From Candidatus Collierbacteria bacterium (lineage in GTDB: Bacteria > Patescibacteriota > Microgenomatia > UBA1400 > JACPES01): 64,000 nt of DNA. The notes under the pieces were generated by a model that worked only from the letters and a program-made list of their open reading frames with translations, ran no database searches and was not told the origin of the DNA. Below are positions 17,239-26,379 of this stretch, piece after piece. The stretch is taken from positions 5,895 through 69,894 of the forward strand of contig JACPES010000005.1 in NCBI GenBank assembly GCA_016183365.1, written 5' to 3'. Position numbers and translations under genes: made by a program. Numbering within the stretch: position 1 is the first letter of the stretch; each line of letters starts with the position of its first letter.

Positions 17239-19302
17239 TTAGACGCTGCATTTTGACCAACCGCAGCTATGGCAAGTGACACAACCATTTTCGGCAATTA
17301 CCGCAGCTCCACACTCCGGACAGACGGCGGCGGGACCGGAGCCGGGACGCAAAGGCAAATGTTGAATGGCAGAATTTTCATTCGTCATTCGTAATTGGTC
17401 ATTCGTCATTGTATCCTTAGCAAGATTCAAAACCTGATCTTTTTTTGAGCCGTCTCTATAAATAGTAATCCCCTTGCAGCCGAGTTTCCAGGCCAGAATG
17501 TAGGCTTTTTCTACATCTTCAACAGTAGTATTATGGGGGAAGTTAATGGTTTTGCTGATTGAGTTATCAAAATGTTTCTGCCAGGCGGCCTGAATCTTAA
17601 CGTGCCACGATGGAGAAATCTCATGGGTGGTAACAAATATCTTATAAAACCAGCCGGGCAAACCTTCGATGGATTTTAATCCGTATTCCGCGACGTGTTT
17701 CAGAACACTCGGAAAACTCGGAGTTTCAGATAAATCAGAAAGTCGGAGAATCGGAAAATCAGAACTTCTGATCTTCTGATTTTCTGACTTTCTGACATTC
17801 CGGCTTTCCGAGTTTTCAGAGTTTTCCGAAATGACTCTCTTTAGTTCTTCTTCAAACACCGGATCGACCATATATATTTCCTTCGTCGGCCTATTTTTTC
17901 TATCGTCTTCAAAGAATGTTCGTCTTTTTGTGACCAACGAAAAAATCGGCTCTATCCCCGAAGTAGTGTCGGCGAGCATCGCCGTAGTCCCAGTGGGGGC
18001 AATCATGGTAGTAGCGCAGTTTCGCATCGGATGCTTGTCAAAATAAATACTCCTGTCCCAGTTGCCGAAGTTGCCGCGGACTTTGGCCAGTTTCATACTC
18101 TCATTTTGGGCAGTTTCCTGGATGAACTTTGCCAATTTTTCCGAAAGCTCCTCCGCTTGACTAGAGTTGTACGGAATACCTAATTTAACCAACATATGGG
18201 AAAATCCCATCACGCCTAATCCAATGCGGCGGTTGCCGTTTTTGACCATCTGCTCAATTTCGGGAATAGCATAGGTATTAACTTCAATCATGTCGTCGAG
18301 AAACCGGACCCCGAGACGGACGCTCTTTTCTAAGTCTTCCCAGTCAACTCCATTCATTGTTTCCTGTTTCTTGCTTCTTGCTTCTTTTATATGATTCTGC
18401 AAGCAAATACTTGTCAAATTGCAACTCTCGTAGGGCAAAAGTCCGATTTCGCCGCAGGGATTAGTCGCTTCTATCCGTCCAATTTGGGGAGTGGGGTTGT
18501 CGCGGTTAAAAGTATCCAAAAACATCAAACCCGGATCGCCGGTTTGATGGGCGTGGTCAACGATCATTTTGAATAATTTCCGGGCTTTTATCTTTCTCAC
18601 CGGCTCCCCGGTTCTGGGGTTAATTAAATTCCACATCTTATCCGCCTGAACCGCTTTCATAAATTCGTCGGTTACTCCAACGGAAATATTAAAGTTCTTG
18701 ATAGTGCCATCCTCGTCTTTAAGGCGAATAAAGTCTTCAATGTCGGGATGGTCGGCGTTTAAAATCCCGATGTTGGCGCCTTGGCGTTTGGCGCCCTGAA
18801 GAATTTTTGACAGGGCGGCGGAATAGGCGGCCAGAAAGTCCACCGGACCGGAGGCGGCGTTGGGGACATTTTTGACTTTGTCGCCGCGGGGACGGATGCG
18901 GGAAAAATTAAAGCCGGTGCCGCCGTTATTTTTATGGACGACGGCAGCGTCACCCAAGGTTTTGAAAATCGACTGAATGTTGTCTTCGACCGGAAGAACG
19001 AAACAGCTGCTCAATTGGCCGGTGCCGCCGGGGTTACCGGCCTCAAACATGGCCTTGCCGGCGCATACGAATTTGAAATTCACCATCCGGTCGTAAAAGG
19101 CGACGGCAATCTCGGCAACTTTCCCGTTTCCGCCATTCCAATTGACTTCGGCTTTAGCCATATGTCTGGCGACCCGCCACAGCATCTCTCCCGGAGTTTC
19201 GATGACTTTTCCGGACATATCGGTGCGGAGATAACGCTTCTGGGAAATCTTTATGGCAGTTGGTGATAGTTTTGGTTCGATGATAGTCATATGTATAGAC
19301 AA
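17239..19302 (-). CDS. nrdJ: class II ribonucleotide reductase paralog (no ATP-cone)
   Basis: SSCFVLP, ATNPCGEIGL, C-terminal CPECGAAVIAENGCVTCHSCGWSKC. Carries a ~135-bp in-frame palindromic element. Confidence 0.85.
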   Translation of the reverse strand: MSIHMTIIEPKLSPTAIKISQKRYLRTDMSGKVIETPGEMLWRVARHMAKAEVNWNGGNGKVAEIAVAFYDRMVNFKFVCAGKAMFEAGNPGGTGQLSSCFVLPVEDNIQSIFKTLGDAAVVHKNNGGTGFNFSRIRPRGDKVKNVPNAASGPVDFLAAYSAALSKILQGAKRQGANIGILNADHPDIEDFIRLKDEDGTIKNFNISVGVTDEFMKAVQADKMWNLINPRTGEPVRKIKARKLFKMIVDHAHQTGDPGLMFLDTFNRDNPTPQIGRIEATNPCGEIGLLPYESCNLTSICLQNHIKEARSKKQETMNGVDWEDLEKSVRLGVRFLDDMIEVNTYAIPEIEQMVKNGNRRIGLGVMGFSHMLVKLGIPYNSSQAEELSEKLAKFIQETAQNESMKLAKVRGNFGNWDRSIYFDKHPMRNCATTMIAPTGTTAMLADTTSGIEPIFSLVTKRRTFFEDDRKNRPTKEIYMVDPVFEEELKRVISENSENSESRNVRKSENQKIRSSDFPILRLSDLSETPSFPSVLKHVAEYGLKSIEGLPGWFYKIFVTTHEISPSWHVKIQAAWQKHFDNSISKTINFPHNTTVEDVEKAYILAWKLGCKGITIYRDGSKKDQVLNLAKDTMTNDQLRMTNENSAIQHLPLRPGSGPAAVCPECGAAVIAENGCVTCHSCGWSKCSV
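17701..17835. repeat. ~135-bp palindromic TIR element, in-frame within nrdJ-B
   Basis: CAGAACACTCGGAAAACTCGGAG...TTTCCGAGTTTTCAGAGTTTTCCGAA; translated as ENSENSESRNVRKSENQKIRSSDFPILRLSDLSETPSFPSVL. Confidence 0.8.
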
Positions 19303-19332
19303 ATTTTAAATTGTAAATTAACTCTCTTGTCC

Positions 19333-21405
19333 TCATACCGAGCATTTACTCCATCCGCATTCCTGACAAGTTGCGCATCCATCCATCAACGTCAGTTCTC
19401 CCCTGCATTCCGGACACACTTCGTCAGGATTTCCTTTAACCGTTAACCTTTGACCTTTGACCTTCCCCACATTGAGCACTTGCTCTCTCCGGCAGCCGTC
19501 GCGATAAACCGTAATTCCTTTACATCCGGTTTCGAAAGCTAATAAATAAGCGTTTTTAATATCGTCGACTGTGGCCGAATTGGGCAAATTAATAGTTTTT
19601 GATACCGCCGCATCTGTATATTTTTGCCATGCGGCTTGCATTTTAATATGCCATCTGTAGGGAATTTCCATGGAGACACGGAAGATATCTCTTACTTCTT
19701 GCGGAATTTCTTTAATATTTTGGCAACTGCCGGACACAGAGACTCTCTCCAGAACACTCGGAAAACTTGGAACATCAGATAAATCAGAAGATCGGAGTTT
19801 CAGAGAACCAGAATTTCTGGTCGTCTGATTGTCTGATTTTCTGATTTTCCGGCTTTCAGAGTTTTCAGAGTTTTCTGAAATTACACCAACTGCTTTTGAA
19901 AATTCTTCGTTAACTTCTAGCAAACTCGTCTTCCCCAAATCTAAAATATTTTCCCTTCTGTACGCCAAGGCAAACAACGGTTCTATTCCACTGGAACAAC
20001 CGGCGATTATGGAAATAGTCCCGGTCGGGGCGACGGTGTTGACCGTTGAATTACGCATATGAGTGAAACCTTGCTTCTGCCAAACGCTATCTTCGAAAGC
20101 CGGGAAAGAACCACGACTTCTAGCCAGTTCCACCGAGGCGTCGCGGGCAGTATCATGGATAAATTTAGCGGTTTTTTTCGCTAGTTTCAACGCCGCTTCC
20201 GAGTCGTAACGAACCCCCAGTTTAATCAACATGTCCGCCCAGCCCATGACGCCGACGCCGATTTTTCTGGTGGTCAGGGCCATTTTTTTTAATTGGGGAA
20301 TCGGATAGTCGCAGAGGTCGATAACGTTGTCCTGAAAGTGAACCCCGAGACGGACGACCTCTTCTAATCGTTTCCAGTTGATTCTTTCCAGAACACTCGG
20401 AAAACTCTGAGAACCAGAGAAATCGGAATATCGGAGGATCGGAGAATCAGACGATCCGGCCTTCTGACTTTCTGATTTTCTGATATTCCGGCTTTCCGAG
20501 TATTCCGAGTTTTCTGAACTTACAAATCTTCCCAGGTTTATATTCCCCAAGTTGCATGACTCATACGGTAATAGGGCTTGTTCGCCACACGGGTTAGTTG
20601 CTTGATATATCCCTAATTTTGGCGTCGGACAATATTTATTCATGACATCTAAAAACACTAATCCCGGGTCGCCGACTTTCCAGGCCTGGGTGGCGATTAA
20701 ATTCCATAACTCCATCACGTCGATATCTTTTTCGGTGGCGCCGTCGTTGGGGTGAAATAAATGAATAGTCCCCTTTTTGGCTTTGACCTTTTCCATAAAT
20801 TCGTCTGTAGCCCCGACGCTGACGTTAAAATGGTAGAGCGTGGACGGATCTTCTTTGGACATAATAAATTCAACGATGTCCGGGTGATCAACCTTCAATA
20901 CTCCCATCAGGGCGGGGCGGCGGGCGCTGGCCTCGGCGATGGTGGCGGCGGAATAATTAAATAACCGCAGGAAAGAAACGGCGCCGGAACTGATGCCGCC
21001 GGTTGATTCCACCAAAGAACCCCGCGGCCTAAGATTTGTCAGCGGGATTCCAATCCCGCCGCCGGTCCGTAAAATCAGGGCCGCGTTGCGCAGTTGATCA
21101 TAAATATCTTCCAAGGAATCGGATAAAGGCAAAACATAGCAAGCCGAAAATTGTTTATGCTTGCGGCCGGCGTTAAGGAGGACCGAGCCGGAAAGATATT
21201 CCAAATTCGACATGGCCCGATAAAAATCATCGGCGACTTTTTTTATCTCCTGATCCGCTTTATCTCCCTTTACTCTTAGATATTTTTTGTCAGCCGACGC
21301 GATTAAGTTAGCTACCCGTCGGAACATCTGATCAGGGATTTCTTTTGGCAAAAGATAGCCGCGTTTTTTCAAAACTACCAAAGCGTTATCGGATAAATTT
21401 GTCAT
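19333..21405 (-). CDS. nrdJ: class II ribonucleotide reductase paralog (no ATP-cone)
   Basis: SACYVLP, ATNPCGEQAL, C-terminal CPECRGELTLMDGCATCQECGWSKC. Carries two in-frame palindromic elements. Confidence 0.85.
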   Translation of the reverse strand: MTNLSDNALVVLKKRGYLLPKEIPDQMFRRVANLIASADKKYLRVKGDKADQEIKKVADDFYRAMSNLEYLSGSVLLNAGRKHKQFSACYVLPLSDSLEDIYDQLRNAALILRTGGGIGIPLTNLRPRGSLVESTGGISSGAVSFLRLFNYSAATIAEASARRPALMGVLKVDHPDIVEFIMSKEDPSTLYHFNVSVGATDEFMEKVKAKKGTIHLFHPNDGATEKDIDVMELWNLIATQAWKVGDPGLVFLDVMNKYCPTPKLGIYQATNPCGEQALLPYESCNLGNINLGRFVSSENSEYSESRNIRKSESQKAGSSDSPILRYSDFSGSQSFPSVLERINWKRLEEVVRLGVHFQDNVIDLCDYPIPQLKKMALTTRKIGVGVMGWADMLIKLGVRYDSEAALKLAKKTAKFIHDTARDASVELARSRGSFPAFEDSVWQKQGFTHMRNSTVNTVAPTGTISIIAGCSSGIEPLFALAYRRENILDLGKTSLLEVNEEFSKAVGVISENSENSESRKIRKSDNQTTRNSGSLKLRSSDLSDVPSFPSVLERVSVSGSCQNIKEIPQEVRDIFRVSMEIPYRWHIKMQAAWQKYTDAAVSKTINLPNSATVDDIKNAYLLAFETGCKGITVYRDGCRREQVLNVGKVKGQRLTVKGNPDEVCPECRGELTLMDGCATCQECGWSKCSV
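19751..19880. repeat. palindromic TIR element copy 1 in nrdJ-C
   Basis: CCAGAACACTCGGAAAACTTGG...TTTCAGAGTTTTCAGAGTTTTCTGAA. Confidence 0.8.
20391..20520. repeat. palindromic TIR element copy 2 in nrdJ-C
   Basis: CCAGAACACTCGGAAAACTCTGAG...TTTCCGAGTATTCCGAGTTTTCTGAA. Confidence 0.8.
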
Positions 21406-21414
21406 ATTTTCTGT

Positions 21415-21545
21415 TATCGGATTTCAGTTTTCTGTTTTCGGTTTTCTGTTTTCAGGTTGACCGGTTTTCTGTTTGCCAGTTCGAAACCGATAAACTGAAG
21501 ACTGACTAACTGCAAACTGATAGCTGACAACCGAGAACTGATAAC
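21415..21545. repeat. degenerate intergenic copy of the same palindromic element (5' leader of nrdJ-C)
   Basis: tcagttttctgttttcggttttctgttttcagg ... gaaaccgataaactgaagactga. It has GTTTTCTG / CAGAAAAC-type dyad symmetry. Confidence 0.5.
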
Positions 21546-21744
21546 CGTATCCGCCCCGCCTAAATTCTTTAGCTTTTGGCGGGGCGGTCTGTTGACCTCA
21601 CCGGTATTCCGACTTTAAGAAATCACCACTGAACCGTCAACTACCAATATCCGTATCAGAGTCAATCACCACTTCCGTTTGAACCAGATTGCCGCAAAAA
21701 CTGCCAATAATAAATAAATCTATATATTAAGTTGAACAATTAAA

Positions 21745-22015
21745 CTAAAGCTGTGCTGCTATATCAATGATTTTAATTAGTACGGACGGATCTGACGGCA
21801 AACAGGCAGGATTCTCCGACGTGTGAAGTTTACGAAACTTCACAATTGCTAATTTCTTGTCCGCAACCTTTCTGACTAATTTTTCATCGGCAGAAACCAA
21901 TATGGCTTTAGCGGCTTTGGCCAAAGTCTGGCGGGAACTATCGTATGCCGACAACTGATATTTTTGGACTAAAGTCAAACATGTTTTATGTTCGTCGGCT
22001 ATCGAGCAGAAAATC
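21745..22015 (-). pseudogene. truncated PIN-domain (VapC) paralog fragment carrying a hairpin-repeat insertion
   Basis: Protein and DNA (aaagtcaaacat..ttcgtcggctatcga) are similar to the C-terminal third of the intact VapC at 23398..23832. It lacks the N-terminal catalytic region and contains a GTGAAGTTTACGAAACTTCAC insert. Confidence 0.45.
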
Positions 22016-22267
22016 TGAACTGTCTCGCGAGGCGATGATTAATTTATGGGAGGTTTATACAACAGGTCTGAAAATTTTCTCCACTCGTCAGGCGATCTTC
22101 TATTTATTTCAGCAGCCAGCATATATAAATTTGTATCCCCTTCGAAAGTTCTTTGGATACGGATATATTTTTCATCCAAAGTTTGTTTTAAGGCCATAAA
22201 ATACGGATTTCCGGATTGAGGGAAAAAGATAAAAACCGGAGGAGAATTTTTTAGCACAGACTCAAAT

Positions 22268-23152
22268 TCATTCCTTAAAATAGGAGACCGGGGGTAGAAC
22301 ATGAAAGGCGGTATAAAACCCGATGTTTAAAGTAGTTATCCGCAAATTCAGAAAAATCAGCAGAAAATAAAATAGGAGAAAAATTACCCCGGTCCGGATT
22401 TTCCTTTGTGATTTGAACAAAATGATTGCGGCGCTGATTATAACCGGGATTAATAATAATAAATAGTAACGGGCAATAACTTGATTTAAGCCTTGCAGAC
22501 TTAAAAATGGATAAATTAAAAAAGAAAAGTAGCTTTGGGCGGTTAATGTTGCTTCATAAGGCAAAAAATACTTGAGATTATTAACCACGGCTTCCTGAAA
22601 CCAACTGAAGAAATTTACTGTGGTAAATAAGATGATGGTTGGAATAAAAAAAGACGACAACACGTCTAAGACCGAAGCTTGTTTTAACATTTTGTATCTT
22701 AAATAGATAAATAAGACTGCGGAAAATAAAAGGAAGGGCCAAGCAGGCAAAAGATTGAAAGCAACCCAAAATATGCAAAATCCGAAAGTATATCCGTCCA
22801 GTCTTAGCCATTTGTTATTTATATTTAAAAAGGCGTATTCTCCTAAAACCCCAGCTAAAAACATTAACGGATAAACGACCAAAGATTCCGCTAAAAGATG
22901 GTAGCCGAAAAGATAGAATTTAATTATTTCAGTAAAAACTGAAGCGATAAAACCTTTCGCGCCAAATCTGACAGTTAAAAGAAAAGCCCCAATAAATGAT
23001 AAAAATAGCATGAATTGGCGGACTCTCTCTATTAGCATAAACAGATTTGTAAATTTAATAATTTTCCAAAAGGCGAATGCCGTAATAATTGGCAGGGGCT
23101 GATGATTGGTGGATAGATCCTGATAAAGAGATTTGTGTTTTTCCGCCATCAT
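22268..23152 (-). CDS. polytopic membrane protein, function unknown
   Basis: At least eight predicted TM helices. A 264-nt ORF (22039..22302) overlaps its 3' end in another frame and may be a frameshifted tail. Confidence 0.45.
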   Translation of the reverse strand: MMAEKHKSLYQDLSTNHQPLPIITAFAFWKIIKFTNLFMLIERVRQFMLFLSFIGAFLLTVRFGAKGFIASVFTEIIKFYLFGYHLLAESLVVYPLMFLAGVLGEYAFLNINNKWLRLDGYTFGFCIFWVAFNLLPAWPFLLFSAVLFIYLRYKMLKQASVLDVLSSFFIPTIILFTTVNFFSWFQEAVVNNLKYFLPYEATLTAQSYFSFLIYPFLSLQGLNQVIARYYLLLLIPVIISAAIILFKSQRKIRTGVIFLLFYFLLIFLNLRITTLNIGFYTAFHVLPPVSYFKE

Positions 23153-23397
23153 CCAAGCCGGAGTCAGATGCTCATTTTCATCGGCGAAATTAAATGATTG
23201 GGTTCTGGGTTTTAAGAATGAAAATTGTAATAGGAAGAATAAAATAAGTAATAAAACGTAAATGCCTAAATGAAACTTTTTAATTCCGATATCATTTTAC
23301 TAAAAAAGCTAAGTCTCTATAGGACACTGCAATTAGAGATTAAGATAAATTTTTAACACGGCCTGATTTGGCGGCAGCCGGGACAAGAATATAAAAG

Positions 23398-23832
23398 TCA
23401 TTCCGTGGACGCGGCGTATTCTTTCAGCCCAATGACCAATCTTGTATCGGCCACTTTTCTAACAAGTTTGGCATCGGCGGAGACCAATGCGGTATTGGCG
23501 GCTTTGGCTAAAGTAAGATAAGAGCCGTCGTATCCCGACAGCTGATATTTTTTGGCTAAAGTCAAACATAATTTATATTCGTCGGCTATCGATAGAAGCT
23601 GTGGTTTTGATTTAAGAAAAAATTTCAGGAATTTCAACGAATTGGAAAAAGTTATTTTATCCCTAGCGACAGCCGTCACTAAAGCATTGACAATTTCGTA
23701 CTCCCATAACAAAGGCGCTAGCAGCGTAACTTTTTTTTCCTCACTGGCTTTAAGAATGGATAGAGCCGCGGACGAGTCCTCTTCGGCAAACAGCCATTTC
23801 AAACAAACCGAGGCGTCAATAACGATATTCAT
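23398..23832 (-). CDS. vapC: PIN-domain ribonuclease toxin VapC
   Basis: MNIVIDASVCLKWL N-terminal PIN acidic motif; 144 aa; immediately downstream of a small RHH-like ORF. Confidence 0.75.
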   Translation of the reverse strand: MNIVIDASVCLKWLFAEEDSSAALSILKASEEKKVTLLAPLLWEYEIVNALVTAVARDKITFSNSLKFLKFFLKSKPQLLSIADEYKLCLTLAKKYQLSGYDGSYLTLAKAANTALVSADAKLVRKVADTRLVIGLKEYAASTE

Positions 23833-24071
23833 TAAATTTTACGGCCAGCCGCTATCAGCTGGGAAACGGGAATATCTATTTTTACCGACATGTTTCCGGC
23901 TTGTTTAGCCAAGCTTAATTGAGACCGAACGGAGATGGTTTTAAGTTTACGATAGGCTCCGGCGGCTTCGCGGATTAAAGCGGCGGTGCTTTTACCTTCG
24001 GAAAGGGCCAATAGCCGCAACGCCAGGTAATCTTCTTTGGGGAAACGAATATTCGTAGCTATTGTTTGCAT
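23832..24071 (-). CDS. vapB: ribbon-helix-helix (CopG/VapB-like) antitoxin
   Basis: 79 aa, IRFPKEDYLALRLLALSEGKSTAALIREAA RHH-like; shares a start/stop junction with vapC. Confidence 0.55.
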   Translation of the reverse strand: MQTIATNIRFPKEDYLALRLLALSEGKSTAALIREAAGAYRKLKTISVRSQLSLAKQAGNMSVKIDIPVSQLIAAGRKI

Positions 24072-24117
24072 AATGATGCTATGGTACTATGGTATGAATT
24101 TATTGTCAAGACCTAGG

Positions 24118-25251
24118 TTAACACGGCCTGATTTGACGGCATCCCGGACAGGTTTCTCCGATCGCGCAAGAAACTGTTTTCTTACAGTTCGGACAGTGAA
24201 CTCGATTGTTTTCTATTCCTAAAACCGGAACTGCTGAAAAAGTTGCCCCGCCAAATCTCGACGGCATTAAACTCCCGATGCAACCCGCAGCCGCTGTCAT
24301 AAAGGCGGCCAGAAAATTTTCTGTTGGAATCCGGCTTAATTTCTCTCTAGCAATCTCCGGAATTTTCTCTTTACCAATTAACTCCAAAACCGATTCAATA
24401 AATCCAAACACCGTTTGGGCCATTCCAATTTGCATTTTTTCGATTTCCCCTTCAGCCGAATTAACTACTTCCGCAATTTTCTTTCCGCCGTCTTTTACAA
24501 CCTGCCGGATTGCCTGCCATATTTCCCCAGAGCCGGCGCCATATAATTTTCCGATTGACACGCCTTCAATCGTCCGGCCAGGACCAAAAACAGTATTACA
24601 TGCCGCGATTAAATCCTTATGGTCGGCCTGAAATACCATTCCGGATAAAATTCTTGGACTAATCTCCGGCGGAACATTCAAGCCTGTTAAATTAGCAATC
24701 AGGCTCCTTAACTCTGGCAATGAAAAATCACTCATATACGAAGAAACGGATAATTTCCGGCTGCCGGAATTGTCTCGGCCGATAGTCCCGATGTTTATAT
24801 ACGCGTGCCGACTGCTGAATCCTTCTTTGGGGCTGGCCCATAAAATATTTTCTCCGTCTTCTTTAGATTTATTTTCATCAGCTAATATTCCGGCCACTTT
24901 TTCTAAGACTAAAAACGCTCCCGCTCCCCGTTCCGGTTCATTTTTGTCAACTCTCGATCTGGCATCGGTAAAATTTCTATTATGGAGATCTTCGCTGGCA
25001 ACGAGTTTTCCGCCGGTTAAATGATAAGAAAAATGATCCGGGGCGTATTGAAGTCTGGTTAAAAGCTCGCGGGGAAATTGAGGTAAAAGCTGTTTGACTA
25101 CTTCCGGTCCTTGCTCGCGGATAAAGTATCTCAAATCCGCAGCTAAACTTTTAATATCAAACCCTTTTGGAGATTCGTAGAATCGAAGATTGAGTGCCGG
25201 ACCTAAAATTTCTGCCATAAGTTTTTGCCCCTGCGGCGGAGGCGGTTTCAA
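24118..25251 (-). CDS. hypothetical protein with C-terminal 4-Cys zinc ribbon
   Basis: 377 aa with no motif I recognise; the C-terminus CPNCKKTVSCAIGETCPGCRQIRPC is a zinc-ribbon signature. It sits in a TA-rich island. Confidence 0.5.
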   Translation of the reverse strand: MKPPPPQGQKLMAEILGPALNLRFYESPKGFDIKSLAADLRYFIREQGPEVVKQLLPQFPRELLTRLQYAPDHFSYHLTGGKLVASEDLHNRNFTDARSRVDKNEPERGAGAFLVLEKVAGILADENKSKEDGENILWASPKEGFSSRHAYINIGTIGRDNSGSRKLSVSSYMSDFSLPELRSLIANLTGLNVPPEISPRILSGMVFQADHKDLIAACNTVFGPGRTIEGVSIGKLYGAGSGEIWQAIRQVVKDGGKKIAEVVNSAEGEIEKMQIGMAQTVFGFIESVLELIGKEKIPEIAREKLSRIPTENFLAAFMTAAAGCIGSLMPSRFGGATFSAVPVLGIENNRVHCPNCKKTVSCAIGETCPGCRQIRPC

Positions 25252-25416
25252 CTTTTTTTGATTTCAGGAGCAAGTTCCCGACTTTCCCGACCCAAGGTCA
25301 AGGATTCACGGTTGCGGCACAGTCCCCGATTTCCACGAGGTTCCTCTGTCTCCCGAAACGGAAAATGTCAACAACAGATTAATAGCATGAAGGAGAATAA
25401 TTAACAAGAGTCTAAT

Positions 25417-25692
25417 TCAGGAGCGGCGATAGACTTGGTCGTGGGTGCCGAGATCGAAAAAATAGAATATTTCATCTTCCAAGATAGCGTATAACATCCG
25501 AACACTGCCGGTGATACTAATGCTCCAAACCTGCTGTTGGCTACCGACGAGTTGATGATTTCTAAGCGAAGGATAATGAGGATTCTGTTGGAAAAGAGCG
25601 AGCTGTTTTTCGATTTTCGCCGACAAACTTTTATCTCTGCGTTTAAGCGACCGGAACCGTTTTAATAAATCTGGAGAAATCTGAATTTCCAT
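25417..25692 (-). CDS. RelE/ParE-family toxin
   Basis: 91 aa; WSISITGSVRMLYAIL...FFDLGTHDQVY matches the RelE/YafQ pattern. Confidence 0.55.
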   Translation of the reverse strand: MEIQISPDLLKRFRSLKRRDKSLSAKIEKQLALFQQNPHYPSLRNHQLVGSQQQVWSISITGSVRMLYAILEDEIFYFFDLGTHDQVYRRS

Positions 25693-25700
25693 TGATTTGA

Positions 25701-25955
25701 TTAAAGGGTTTCGAAAAATTTAGAGACATCATCAACGGCAACCGCCTTATGTCTGTCTTTTAACGCTTTTTTAAGTATTTTCTTGGTTCTATCCGACATT
25801 TCAAACACCGGAAAATCCATCGGGGAGACGTCTTTGATAACTAAATGGCGGACATATCCGGAAATAGGCAGGTCATATTTGGCGGCTTTACTGGCCAAAA
25901 ACTCCCATAGAGCCACCGGCAGATTGACTTTGATTTGAGTCTGCGGAGTAATCAT
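25701..25955 (-). CDS. putative antitoxin of RelE/ParE pair
   Basis: 84-aa ORF directly upstream and co-oriented with the toxin. Confidence 0.45.
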   Translation of the reverse strand: MITPQTQIKVNLPVALWEFLASKAAKYDLPISGYVRHLVIKDVSPMDFPVFEMSDRTKKILKKALKDRHKAVAVDDVSKFFETL

Positions 25956-26379
25956 GGTCTGATATTATCCCCTATTTCAGGACTTGTCAAGGACTTATTT
26001 TTGAATTCCCAGATAATTTACGACCAGGCGGGAGTGGGTTTTGGTGGCGGTCTAGACTATCTAAATCCCGGTATTTTTTATCTCGAATACCAGCGGATCA
26101 AAAGGATCGGAAAAATCAGTAATTCCAAGCGGGACTTGGTTTTAGAATTCCTGATAGCTGGGTTGCTGGTCTGGACCGTGAGCCAAATTACAAAATTCAG
26201 TCCGGGTTTTTGGGGAGACGGAGATTCCGGAGAAGGCGAAGTTTGATTTTTCTTTTCATTGAGGGTTATTATACAGATTTATTAAAAACCGGTTGTCAAG
26301 CAGAAGAAATAAAGGGTAAGCCTAACTTGACATCCATAAATAATCAATGTAATATAGGAGAATATAGACACGTAAATAT

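Noticed and set aside
24206-24631. A 141-aa plus-strand ORF
   Set aside because: It is antisense to the 377-aa zinc-ribbon protein gene, which has much better coding character.
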